This document shows positions 49,879 through 61,828 of a DNA stretch of 64,000 bases, piece by piece. The DNA is from Scyliorhinus canicula (taxonomy: Eukaryota), in assembly GCF_902713615.1 (NCBI RefSeq), contig NC_052147.1:262108886-262172885 (forward strand), given 5' to 3'. The position numbers and the translations under genes were made by a program. Each line of letters starts with the position of its first letter. Position 1 is the stretch's first letter. The notes under the pieces are model-generated. The model was not told where the DNA came from and did no database searches. It worked only from the letters and a program-made list of their open reading frames with translations.

Positions 49879-51239
49879 ATGGCAATCCACGGAATGTCTT
49901 AAACTAAATAGTGAGGGGAAAGGATCACGAAACTAAAGGTGTGGTAAATCAAAGGGAAACGAGGAAATAGAGCAGAGTAGAGATTTGGGTACTGATAACC
50001 AGAGAGTGGCAAGATGGGACAGAGAATAAAGTTAAGAGCACACCAGCAGAAAAGATCTAACAGCACAAAAAACAGAATTATAGACTGTGTGTTGGAATTC
50101 ATACAGCATTCATAACAGAATGGATGAATTGCTAGCCAAGAGAGAAATAAATATTATGACCTGTAGCCATTACAGGGAAATAATTACAGGGTGACCAAGG
50201 CTGTGACCTAAATATCGAAGGATATTTGAGATTTGGGATTGACAGGAAGGTGATTGGTATGAGGGCCTCAACTTTATATGCATGCATAAATGGTTGACGT
50301 TGGCAGGACAGGTTGAGAGACTGCTTAATAGAGTAGAGTAGAGAGCACCCTAGCTTTATTAATAGGGGTACAGTGTACAAGAGCAAGGAGGTTATGTTAA
50401 ACTTGTATGAAATTCTGGTTCAACCTCAACTGAAGATCCTGAGGGACCTTAGTAGAGTGGATGCAGAGAGGATGGATGGGGTTATCTGATCCCGCCATGG
50501 TGGGACCCATTGCAGGAGATCTGGCGACCCGGCCATGGACATTAAATGGGAGGAGATGATCCCGACGGCGAGTGTTTAGAAAAACCTGCCCAATGTGTAC
50601 TCTTGTGGAAGAATCTAGAATGAGGGACGCTGTATAGAAATAACGGGTCACACATTTGAGACAGAGATGAAGAGTTCTGAGCGCTGGGATGGTGTAGAAC
50701 TTCAAAAGGATATAAATCAGTTAATGGAATGGGCAGAGAGGTGGCAGATGCAATTAAGTGCGGAGAAGTGTAACGTGATTCTTTTTGGTAGGAAGAACAG
50801 AGAATAATCATATAAAATAAAAAGAGGGACTTGTGTGTAATAATTGAAAGAGACAGAACAGGTTGAGAGCGGGCTAATAAAAAGATGCGCAGGCATTGAG
50901 AGAATATTTCCAGAAATGAGGAACTTCAGTCACATAGAAAAATTGGGGAAGTGGAGATTTGATAGAGGCATCTGAGCAGTGCAGATAGGGAAAATCTGGA
51001 AAATTGGAAAGAATTGAAAACAAGAGCTTTTAAGTAATTGGGAAAGAAGCAATGAAGGCATGAAAAACAGCGAGTGATTATTAAAAATGGGTCAGGGGCA
51101 TTGCTGCCTGGACCAGCATAGATTGCCTCATCCCGTGGACAGGGTGACTTGCTAGGGCCTTTAAGAGCCATTTCAGGGCTCTGGAGATACATACAGGCCA
51201 GAGCAGGTAAGGACAACAGATTTCCTTCTCCAGAAGACA

Positions 51240-51985
51240 TTTGTTTTATTTTAAGTATTTCTTTATTCTCCTCCTTTTTCACATTTTCTCCCAAATTTAC
51301 AACCACCAACAATAAACAATAATCAGTAATAAATATGTCAATCCCCATATCAATAACAACAATCCCATCCTGCCACCAAACCCCAAACATTCGCCCACAT
51401 GTTCACACAAACAAATGACAAAAATAAATCAGGAATCACCCGTAACCACCATTAACACCCATCGCCCTCCTCCCCCCAACCCTCCCACCCACTCCCCCTC
51501 CCCCCCCAACTAATGTTCAGTGTTATCCAGTTCTTGAAACTGCATAATGAATAATGCCCATGAATTGTAGAACCCTTCTATCCTTCCCCTCAGTTCAAAC
51601 TTAACCTTCTCAAGGGTCAAGAATTCCAACAGGTTACCCCGCCATGCCAGGGCACAGGGTGGAGAGGCTGCTCTCCACCCCAGCAGGATCCGCCTTCGGG
51701 CGATCAACGAAGCAAAGGCTACAACATCTGCCTCCGCACCTGTTTCCAACCCTGGCTGGCCCGACACCCCGAATATGGCCTCCTGGGGCCCAGGTCCAGG
51801 TTCACGTACACCACTTTAGAAATTACCCTAAAAACCTCCTTCCAGTAACCCTCTAGCTTTGGACAGGACCAAAACATATGAACATGATTAGCAATGTTCA
51901 CACACATCCTCTACTCCTTCAAAGAATCTGCTCATCCTCACCCTCGTGAGGTGTGCTCTGTAGACCACCTTCAGCTGTACAGCAA
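51240..51985 (-). mobile_element. L1/Tx1-clade 3' fragment (duplicated at ~55400-56140)
   Basis: NHVHMFWSCPKL, AFASLIARRRILLGW...LEKVKF. Confidence 0.8.
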
Positions 51986-52482
51986 TCGTTTCATGATTCG
52001 ATTGGATTTGTATATTGTCACGTGTACTGAGGTACAGTGAAAAATATTGGTCTGCGTGCAGTTCAACAGCTCAGTCCATAAAAGGAAAGGAGATACATAA
52101 TAGGCTAAACATAACATACAGGATTTAAATACATAGACACAGGCATCGGGTGATGCATACAGGAGTGTAGTACTACTCAGTAGCAAAGGTGTGTGAAGAG
52201 ATGAGGTCAGAAATAAGAGGGTCGTTTAAGAGTCTGGTAACAGCGAGAAGAAGCTGTTTTTGAATCTGTTAGTGTGTGTTCTCAGACTTTTGTATCTCCT
52301 GCCCGATGGAAGAAGTTGGAAGAGTAAGTAAGCTGGGTGGGAGGGTTCTTTGATTATGTGCCTGCTTTCCCCAGGCAATGGGAGGTGTAGACAGAGTCAA
52401 TGGATGGGAGGCGGGTTTGTGGATGGACTGGGCGGTGTTCATGACTCTCTGAAGTTTCTTCTGATCTTGGGCCGAGCAGTTG

Positions 52483-52646
52483 TGTGATGAATGGTATCAG
52501 TAACTGCTGTAACTGTACCTTGCCTTCAATACATTGGCCCTTTAAGACCGGGCTTGGAACCGTGGGGGACTGCGCCTCTGGCTCCGCCCCCAGGAATTGG
52601 TATATAAACTGAGGCTCACTCGGCAGCATGTGGTGAGCACACTTCT
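52483..52646 (+). mobile_element. 5' half of an LTR at the duplication junction
   Basis: Starts TGTGATG; has ctggctccgccc plus TATATAAA like the other Gypsy LTRs here; no CA terminus or AATAAA. Confidence 0.6.
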
Positions 52647-55600
52647 CAAATTTATTTAAACTGGAGAACTGCTATTGACGTAATGCTGGCTGCAGCCTTT
52701 AAGGGTAATTTAAACAATCGCCCTGGGGGTGCGGCGTTGGCACATTTATTCCCAGCTGAGGCTTCACATAGTTTCCGCCCAAATTCTTGTTTGTAGGAAG
52801 TGAGTTGTGTGTACCAATCAGCCTCGGCCATCATTGGGTAAAACCAAAAGCAACTTGTGGTGTTTGCACAGGCAAGGATGGAAATCTGGAAGTTGCTGGC
52901 CGAGATACCCTCCCCCACCCCCCCACACACACACCCACACAAACAAGGTGCATTCTGCACAGATTGCTATCACAATGGCACAATAATAATAATAATGTCA
53001 CAAGTAGGTTTGCATTGTGACTGCAATGAAGTCACTGCGAAAATCCCTTCGTCGCGACACTCCGGCGCCTGTTCGGGTTCACTGAGGGAGAATTCAGAAT
53101 GTCCAATTCACCTAACAAACACATCTTTCGAGACTTGTGAGAGGAAACCGGAACACCCGGAGGAAACTCACGCAGACTAGGGGAGAACGTGCAGGCTCCG
53201 CACAGGCAGTGACCCAAGCCTGGAATCGAACCCAGGTCCCTGGTGCTGTGAAGCAGCAGGGCGAACCACTGTGCTACTGTGCCGCCCACTCAGTCGCTCA
53301 GTACTCTGAAAGTGCAAGCTTGTTTAATTGGACAGAGCTGAGTTTATATTGGTGGAGTAAGTGGAAATCAAGGACTGGAGAATTGCGGGAGCGGCGCCGG
53401 ACCCGATCTCGGGGTTGACGCCCATTCTCCGCCACCGCGCCAAGCGTGATTTCGGCACGGAGACTCAGAGAATCCCACCCATGATCCTTGATAGGGGTAG
53501 GGCTAGTTCCAATGGCAAAAGCACCTCGATGACTGGGGATCTCCCTACTGCTGCAGCCTTTATCCTCCATCACAGCCGCTGATATCGCAGGGGTATCCTC
53601 CACCTGAGCCGCTACTGAGGACTTGTTTTGGATTTCACTTTGTCGGGTTCCTCCTCGCCGACCTTACCATCATGGGTGACCCTGTCATGAATTTTAGTGT
53701 CCTGATGGCATTGCTCTCGGAACGTTCAAGCCTCATACCACGGCTAGATGGCTGATGCGACTATCAATTCACGCGAAACAGAGAGTAGGTGTAAACTGTG
53801 GCTTTAATCGCCTAGAACAGTGCCTGCCTGCGACTGCTCTGCTAGTGAGAGTCGCCTACAGGGCTGCTGCTCTTTATACCTCCCCTCAAGGTGGCGGAGC
53901 CAGGGGCGGTGCCCACAAGGGCACCAACATGATACACTCCATGTAATATCGTACAATGGTCCATAGGTGGAGTCCACATGGGCAACAGCGTGATACAGTA
54001 AGATACATGGTGAATGGTTAATACAATACGTTCACCTCAATGGCAATCCACGGAATGTTTTAAACTAAATAGTGAGGGGAAAGGATCACGAAACTAAAGG
54101 TGTGGTAAATCAAAGGGAAACGAGGAAATAGAGCAGAGTAGAGATTTGGGTACTGATAACCAGAGAGTGGCAAGATGGGACAGAGAATAAAGTTAAGAGC
54201 ACACCAGCAGAAAAGATCTAACAGCACAAAAAACAGAATTATAGCCTGTGTGTCGGAATGCGTACAGCATTCATAACAGAATGGATGAATTGCTAGCCAA
54301 GAGAGAAATAAATATTATGACCTGTAGCCATTACAGAGAAATAATTACAGGGTGACCAAGGCTGTGACCTAAATATCGAAGGATATTTGAGATTTTGGAT
54401 TGACAGGAAGGTGATTGGTATGAGGGCCTCAACTTTATATGCATGCATAAATGGTTGACGTTGGCAGGACAGGTTGAGAGACTGCTTAATAGAGTAGAGT
54501 AGAGAGCACCCTAGCTTTATTAATAGGGGTACAGTGTACAAGAGCAAGGAGGTTATGTTAAACTTGTATGAAATTCTGGTTCAACCTCAACTGAAGATCC
54601 TGAGGGACCTTAGTAGAGTGGATGCGGAGAGGATGGATGGGGTTATCTGATCCCGCCATGGTGGGACCCATTGCAGGAGATCTGGCGACCCGGCCATGGA
54701 CATTAAATGGGAGGAGATGATCCCGACGGCGAGTGTTTAGAAAAACCTGCCCAATGTGTCCCCTTGTGGAAGAATCTAGAATGAGGGACGCTGCATAAAA
54801 TAACGGGTCACACATTTGAGACAGAGATGAAGAGTTCTGAGCGCTGGGATGGTGTAGAACTTCAAAAGGATATAAATCAGTTAATGGAATGGGCAGAGAG
54901 GTGGCAGATGCAATTAAGTGCGGAGAAGTGTAACGTGATTCATTTTGATAGGAAGAACACAGAATAATCATATAGAATACAAAGAGGGACTTGTGTGTAA
55001 TAATTGAAAGAGACAGAACAGGTTGAGAGCGGGTTAATAAAAAGATGCGCAGGCATTGAGAGAATAGTTCCAGAAATGAGGAACTTCAGTCACATAGAAA
55101 AATTGGGGAAGTGGAGGTTTGATAGAGGCGTCTGAGCAGTGCAGATAGGGAAAATCTGGAAAATTGGAAAGAATTGAAAACAAGAGCTTTTAAGTAATTG
55201 GGAAAGAAGCAATGAAGGCATGAAAAACAGCGAGTGATTATTAAAAATGGGTCAGGGGCATTGCTGCCTGGACCAGCATAGATTGCCTCATCCCGTGGAC
55301 AGGGTGACTTGCTAGGGCCTTTAAGAGCCATTTCAGGGCTCTGGAGATACATACAGGCCAGAGCAGGTAAGGACAACAGATTTCCTTCTCCAGGAGACAT
55401 TTGTTTTATTTTAAGTATTTCTTTATTCTCCTCCTTTTTCACATTTTCTCCCAAATTTACAACCACCAACAATAAACAATAATCAGTAATAAATATGTCA
55501 ATCCCCATATCAATAACAACAATCCCATCCTGCCACCAAACCCCAAACATTCGCCCACATGTTCACACAAACAAATGACAAAAATAAATCAGGAATCACC

Positions 55601-56644
55601 CGTAACCACCATTAAGACCCATCGCATCCCTCTCCCCCCCAACCCTCCCACCCACCCCCCCCCCCCCAACTAATGTTCAATGTTATCCAGTTCTTGAAAC
55701 TGCATAATGAATAATGCCCATGAATTTTAGAACCCTTCTATCCTTCCCGTCAGTTCAAACTTAACCTTCTCAAGTGTCAAGAATTCCAACAGGTTCCCCC
55801 ACCACGCCAGGGCACAGGGTGGAGAGGCTGCTCTCCATCCCAGCAGGATTCGCCTTCGGGCGATCAACGAGGCGAAGGCTACAACATCTGCCTCCGCACC
55901 TGTTTCCAACCCTGGCTGGCCCGACACCCCGAATATGGCCTCCTGGGGCCCAGGTCCAGGTTCACGTACACCACTTTAGAAATTACCCTAAAAACCTCCT
56001 TCCAGTAACCCTCTAGCTTTGGACAGGACCAAAACATATGAACATGATTAGCAACGTTCACACACATCCTCTACTCCTTCAAAGAATCTGCTCGTCCTCA
56101 CCCTCGTGAGGTGTGCTCTGCAGACCACCTTCAGCAGTACAGCAATCGTTTCATGATTCGATTGGATTCGTATATTGTCACGTGTACTGAGGTACAGTGA
56201 AAAATATTGGTCTGCGTGCAGCTCAACAGCTCATTCCATAAAAGGAAAGGAGATACATAATCGGCTAAACATAAAATACAGGATTTAAATACATAGACAC
56301 AGGCATCGGGTGAAGCATACAGGAGTGTAGTACCACTCAGTAGCAAAGGTGTGTGAAGAGATCAGATCAGAAATAAGAGGGTCATTTAGGAGTCTGGTAA
56401 CAGCGGGAAGAAGCTGTTTTTGAATCTGTTAGTGTGTGTTCTCAGACTTTTGTATCTCCTGCCCGATGGAAGAAGTTGGAACAGTAAGTAAGCCGGGTGG
56501 GAGGGTTCGTTGATTATGCTGCCTGCTTTCCCAAGGCAGTGGGAGGTGTAGACAGAGTCAATGGATGGGAAGCAGGTTTGTGTGATGGACAGGGCGGTGT
56601 TCACGACTCTCTGAAGTTTTTTCCGGTCTTGGGCCGAGCAGTTG
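52647..56644 (+). repeat. Tandem segmental duplication, copy 2
   Basis: Starts caaatttatttaaactg as at 48493 and ends gccgagcagttg as at 52482. Confidence 0.95.
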
Positions 56645-56958
56645 CCATACCAGGCTGTGATGCAGCCAGATAGGATGCTTTCTGTGCATCTGTAAAAGAT
56701 GGTAAAAGTCAATGTGGACATCCCAAATTTTCTTAGTTTCCTGAGGAAGTAAAGGTGCTGTTGTGCTTTCTTGGTCATAGCGCTGATATTGGTGGACCAG
56801 GACAGATGGTTGGTGATGTACACAGAGGAATTTGAAGCTGTCAACCATTTCCACCTTGGCCCCATTGATCCAGATATGGGTGTGTACAGTGCTTTGCTTC
56901 CTGAAGTTAATGACCAGCCCTTTAGTTTTGCTGACATTGAGGGAGAGACTGTTGTCAT
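56150..56958 (-). mobile_element. Rex1/Babar LINE 3' fragment (shorter duplicate at ~51990-52482)
   Basis: KKAQQHLYFLRKLRKFGMS...FYRCTESILSGCITAWYGNCSAQDRKKLQRVV...TNRFKNSFFP. Confidence 0.85.
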
Positions 56959-59614
56959 TATTCGATTTTTAATTCCAGATTTTCATTTAATTTAAATTTC
57001 ACATCTGCCATGATGGAATTCAAACATCGGGCAGGATTCTCCGCCGGTGGGATTCTGCATTTTGCTGGCGCCCGGGGGTTTCCCGACGGCGTGGTGTTGC
57101 TCCACAATGGGAAACCCCATTGACTGGCCAGCGTAACGGAGAATCCCACCGGTGGGTCGGGGCAGGAAAGTGGCGCAGTGGGGTGGAGAATTCAGCCCAT
57201 GGGTCCGCAGAACATTACACTAGGTCTCTGTGTTACTGGCCCAGTGGCAATATCATGACATCACCGTGTCCTCCAGCATTAGGTTTAGGATCTGCAATGT
57301 ACTACCTGAGAGTGTGGTGGAAGCAGGTTCATTCGAAGCATTCAAAAGAGAATTGGAGAATGTGCAAGTCTGTGAGGAAAAGGCTGGAGAATCATATAAT
57401 TTACAGTGCAGAAGGAGGCCATTTGGCCCATCGAGTCTGCACCGGACTTGGAAAGAGCACCCGACCTAAGCACTCTATCTAAGCCCATACCTCCACCCCT
57501 CCATCCTATCCCCGTAACCCCACCTAATCTTTATTGGCCACTAAGGGAAATTTAGCATAGCCAATCCACATAACCTGCACATCTTTGGATTGTGGGAGGA
57601 AATCGTAGCGTCCGGAGGAAACCCACGCAGACATGGGGAGAACGTACAGCTAGCGCAGACACGGTGGGCTGAATTGTCTCCTCCTGTGTAGTAGCAATTC
57701 TGTTAATTCTGTGAAATGTTGGAGACTTTTGTGTTAACCGTTGTTATAAATTGCATAGCAGTTCCATATTCCTCGATCTGGCTTTCTTACCGGCATCAGG
57801 TTAAGAATTGAGCACCCACGCTGTCAGTTTGAAATTCTTATGAAACAGTCTCTTTCTTTGTATCCTTAAACCTGAGGAGGTGAAGGTCTTCCATTATTGC
57901 CTTCTCCTGTCCTTTCCTGCACATTCACGAGAGCAATCCAGGACCACAGGTAGTGAAAGGTAATCATGAGGTCTCCAATCTTCCACCCACGCCAAGCCCC
58001 GCCTATCCAGCACCCGGTGCTCACTGACCCAAACTGATTCCCAGTCCACAATTTTAAAATTCTCATCCTTGTTTTCAAATCCCTCCATGTCTTTACCCCT
58101 CATAATAATTAGGTAAATTGGCAATTCTAAATTCTCCCTCAGTGTACTCGAACAGGCGCCATAGTGGAGCGACAAGGGGATTTTTCACTGTAACTTCATT
58201 GCAGTGTTAATGTAAGACTACTTTTTAATTAAAAAAATTAATAAACTTTATTGGCACAAGTAGGCTTACATTAACACTGCAATGAAGCTACTGTGAAAAG
58301 CCCCGAGTCGCCACACTCCAACGCCTGTTCGGGTACACAGAGAGAGAATTCAGAATGTTCAAATTACCAAACAACACGTCTTTCAGGACTTGTGGGAGGA
58401 AACCAGAGCTTCCGGAGGAAACTTGTGACACTAATAAAGATTATTATTATTAATCTTTGTCACCTCCCCCAGTATTACAATTCTTCAACTGCTGGTCTGT
58501 TGAAGAACTGCAGATTTTAATCACACCGCCATTGGCGGTCTTTAGGGTTGCTAACCATCCAGGACGAGCCTGGGGTCTCCAGGATTTGAAGATCAGGGTG
58601 GCACGGTGGTGCAGTGGCTAACACTGCTGCCTATGGCGCTGAGGATCCGGGTTCAATCCCGGCCCCGGGTCACTGTCTGTGTGGGGTTTGCATATTCTCC
58701 CCGTGTCTGCGTGTGTCTCATTCCCACAACCCAAAGATGTGCAAATTAGGTGGATTGGCCACGCTAAATGCCCATTAATTGAAAACATAAATAATTGGGT
58801 ACTCTAAATTTATTTTAAAAAAGGAATTGAAGATCAATTTTCAGGACACCGCTATTGCGACCCTGGATAAATATAATCCGGACATTAAAACATGTTGGGC
58901 TAGATTCTCCGCTGGCGGGACACTCCGTTGCGCGAGCAGCGCACCCACGCCCGGGGATTTCTGGAGAGTGTGGGGCTGCCCACAATGGGAAACAATGGGC
59001 TGGATTCTCCTATCCCCGATGGCGAAATCAGCTTTGGCGACGGGGTGGAGAATCCCTGATGCAAACGAAATCAGGGGCAGCGCTGCTTTCGCGATGCTCC
59101 GCCCCCGAAAAGCACCGTACTGGAGGAGTACGACGCACACCATATCCATGGCCCCAGGCCATTGCCTGAGACCTGCCCCACGATGCTCCGTCCCCAACCG
59201 ACCAAGTTCCCGATGGCATGTGACATGTGTGGTCCCTTCGGTCAGGAACGCAGCATGTTGGCAGCGGACTGAGTCCAGTGCCGCCACAGTAGGGGGCGGG
59301 GGGAGGGCGATCCGCGGGCATGGACGGCATTATTCGGGGCTGGGGGCACTGGGTGGTCCGGGGCATGCGAGCCGGCCAAAAGGGGGACTATTTTTGTGGT
59401 CCGCGTCCGCGGGCTGCATTCGCCATGGAGCACGGCGTGGCCATTGCAGGCCGCTGCTGTGCACATGCGTAGCCACGTACCCGGCAATGCCGTATCAACA
59501 GCCTGAGCTGGGAGCTCTATGCTGCCTGGCTGCTAGCTCCCCGCCGGAGCAGGAAATCGGTGGCCGTTTTGCACCAGTTTTCCTCGCGTAAAACCCAACA
59601 GTTTTCACGCCGGC

Positions 59615-61828
59615 TATGGTAGTCACCACTAACTGTATTAGATGTAGTACGGTAAGACTCATGTACTAGAGGTACATAGGTAAATCCCTGCCTACTGGCT
59701 CTGCCCAGTAGGCGGTGTATAAATGTGTGTGCTCGCCGGTGCTGCTCCCATTCTGGGAGCAGCTACAGGAGGCCACACATCTTTGCTCAATAAAGCCTCA
59801 ATTATTCACTACTCTCTTCTTTGTAGTAATTGATAGTGCATCAATTTATTGAGCAAAGATTTTAAAAAGATGGAACTTCTCATCAAGTCTGATCGCGTAC
59901 AGCTGAGCTCTCAAGCAGCCAACACTGCGTCCGCTTTTGACCACTGGCTAGCCTGCTTTGAAAGCTACCTCCGAATATCTGCCGAGGAACCCTTGGACGC
60001 ACAGAAGCTCCAGATCCTTTATTCACGGGTGAGACCTGACATTTTTCCTCTCATCTGGGATGCGTCCACTTACTCTGAAGCAATGGAGCTCCTGAAAGGA
60101 CATTACGTTCGGCCAGTCAACAAACTATACGCCAGGCACCTCCTGTCCACGAGACAGCAATTCCCCAGTGAGTCCCTAGACGATTTCTGGCGTGCCCTGC
60201 ACATCCTAGGGAGGAACTGTGGCTGCCAGGCAGTTTCGGCAGTCCAGCACACAGAACTTTTAATCAGAGACGCCTTCGTTATGGGCATGTGGTCGTCGTA
60301 TGTCCGCCAGCGTATTAGAAGAGTATGCTTGATCTTGAAGGAACCAGACAGCTCACCAACTCGTTAACAGTGGCCTCCCGTAATGTCCAGTTGTACGCCC
60401 CCAACCACACGGCACCCTCATGGGCATCGTGGGCCTCACCAGCTACCGACCCCAGCCCACCACAAGCCTCCGCCGTGCGGCGGCCAGCCAACCCCAGGGG
60501 GCCCAAATGCTACTTCTGCGGGAAGAACAAACACCCCCAGCAGCGCTGCCCGGCACGGAGATCAATCTACAACGGCTGCGGAAAGAAGGGACATTTTGCT
60601 GCTGTCTGCCAGGCACGGTCAGTCGCCGCTGTTTCTAGGCCCAGCGTTCCTACACCCCCCACGTGCGGCCCACGCGCGCTGCCATCTTTGATGCCGCCCG
60701 CTATGTGCGCCCTGTGGGCGCTGCCATCTTCAGTGCCATTTTGGACGGAGCCTCAGGACACCTGCTCGTCGGGAAGCTCATCTGGCCGCTCATCGCCTGC
60801 CACCACCGCTGACCAGCCCGGGGCGTCCCAGCACCAGCCACAGCTCGCCTCGATCCCCCTCGATCACTCCCGGCCCCACAACCTCGCAACTGCAATGACA
60901 ACGGTGAAAATCGATGGGCACAAGACGTCCTGCCTTTTTGACTCTGGGCGCACGGAAAGCTTCATCCACCCCACGACGGTAAAGCGCTGCTCCCTCGCGG
61001 TACACCCCGTTACCCAGAAAATCTCCCTGGCCTCCAGATCCCATTCTGTGAAAATCCGGGGTTACTGCATCACGACCCTCAGCGTCCATGGCATCGAGTT
61101 CAGCAACTTCCGGCTCTACATCCTCCCCCATCTCTGCGCTGCCCTGTTACTTGGCCTGAACTTCCAGTGCCATCTCCAAAGCTTAACTTTAAAATTTGGC
61201 GGACCCCTACACCCCTCACCATATGCAGCCTCACGACCCTTAAGGTCGATCCACCTTCCTTGTTTGGAAACCTCACCCCAGATTGCAAACCCGTCGCCAC
61301 CAGGAGCAGATGGTACAGTGTCCAGGACAGGACCTTCATCAGGTCAGAGGTCCAGTGGCTTCAGCGGGAAGGCATCATTGAGGCCAGCAACATCCCTGGA
61401 GAGCCCAAGTGGTAGTAGCAAAGACTGGGGAGAAACACAGGATGGTCATTGACTACAGTCAGACAATTAATCGGTACACGCAGCTCACGTACCCCCTCCC
61501 ACGCATATCTGATATGGTCAATCAGATTGCACAGTATCGAGTCTTTTCCACAGTGGACCTCAAGTCCGCCTACCACCAGCTCCCCATCCGCACAGAGGAC
61601 TGGCAATACACTGCGTTCGAAGCAGATGGTGGACTCTATCACTTCTTTAGGGTTCCCTTCAGCGACACTAATGGGGTCTCGGTCTTCCAACGTGAGTTGG
61701 ACCGAATGGTTGACCGGTACGTACTGCGGGCCACCTTCCCATACCGAGACAACGTCACCATCTGCAGCCACGATCAGCAGGACCATGACGCTAACCTTCT
61801 AAAATTTCTCCACACCGCCAAACTCCTT
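59615..61828 (+). mobile_element. Ty3/Gypsy LTR retrotransposon: 5' LTR 59615-59843, gag from 59870, zinc knuckles, protease, partial RT; frameshifted and cut by CR1 insertions
   Basis: gag ARHLLSTRQQ..ESLDDF...IRDAFV; CYFCGKNKH..C / CGKKGHFAAVC; PR CLFDSG; RT RMVIDY...YPLPRI...STVDLKSAYHQLP...RVPF. Confidence 0.92.

Larger units (their letters stand above)
48493..52482 (+). repeat. Tandem segmental duplication, copy 1 (~3.99 kb)
   Basis: Colinear, highly similar copy at 52647-56644; ORF-track pairs recur at an offset of ~4155-4160. Confidence 0.95.

Noticed and set aside
48498-56346. Pairs of near-identical ORFs suggesting a duplicated gene cluster
   Set aside because: They are spurious or TE-derived frames repeated by the segmental duplication; no splice-consistent host gene was found.
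58827-59591. 254-aa ORF and overlapping antisense ORFs
   Set aside because: Chance open frames in GC-rich nested Harbinger-like MITEs; no recognisable domain.
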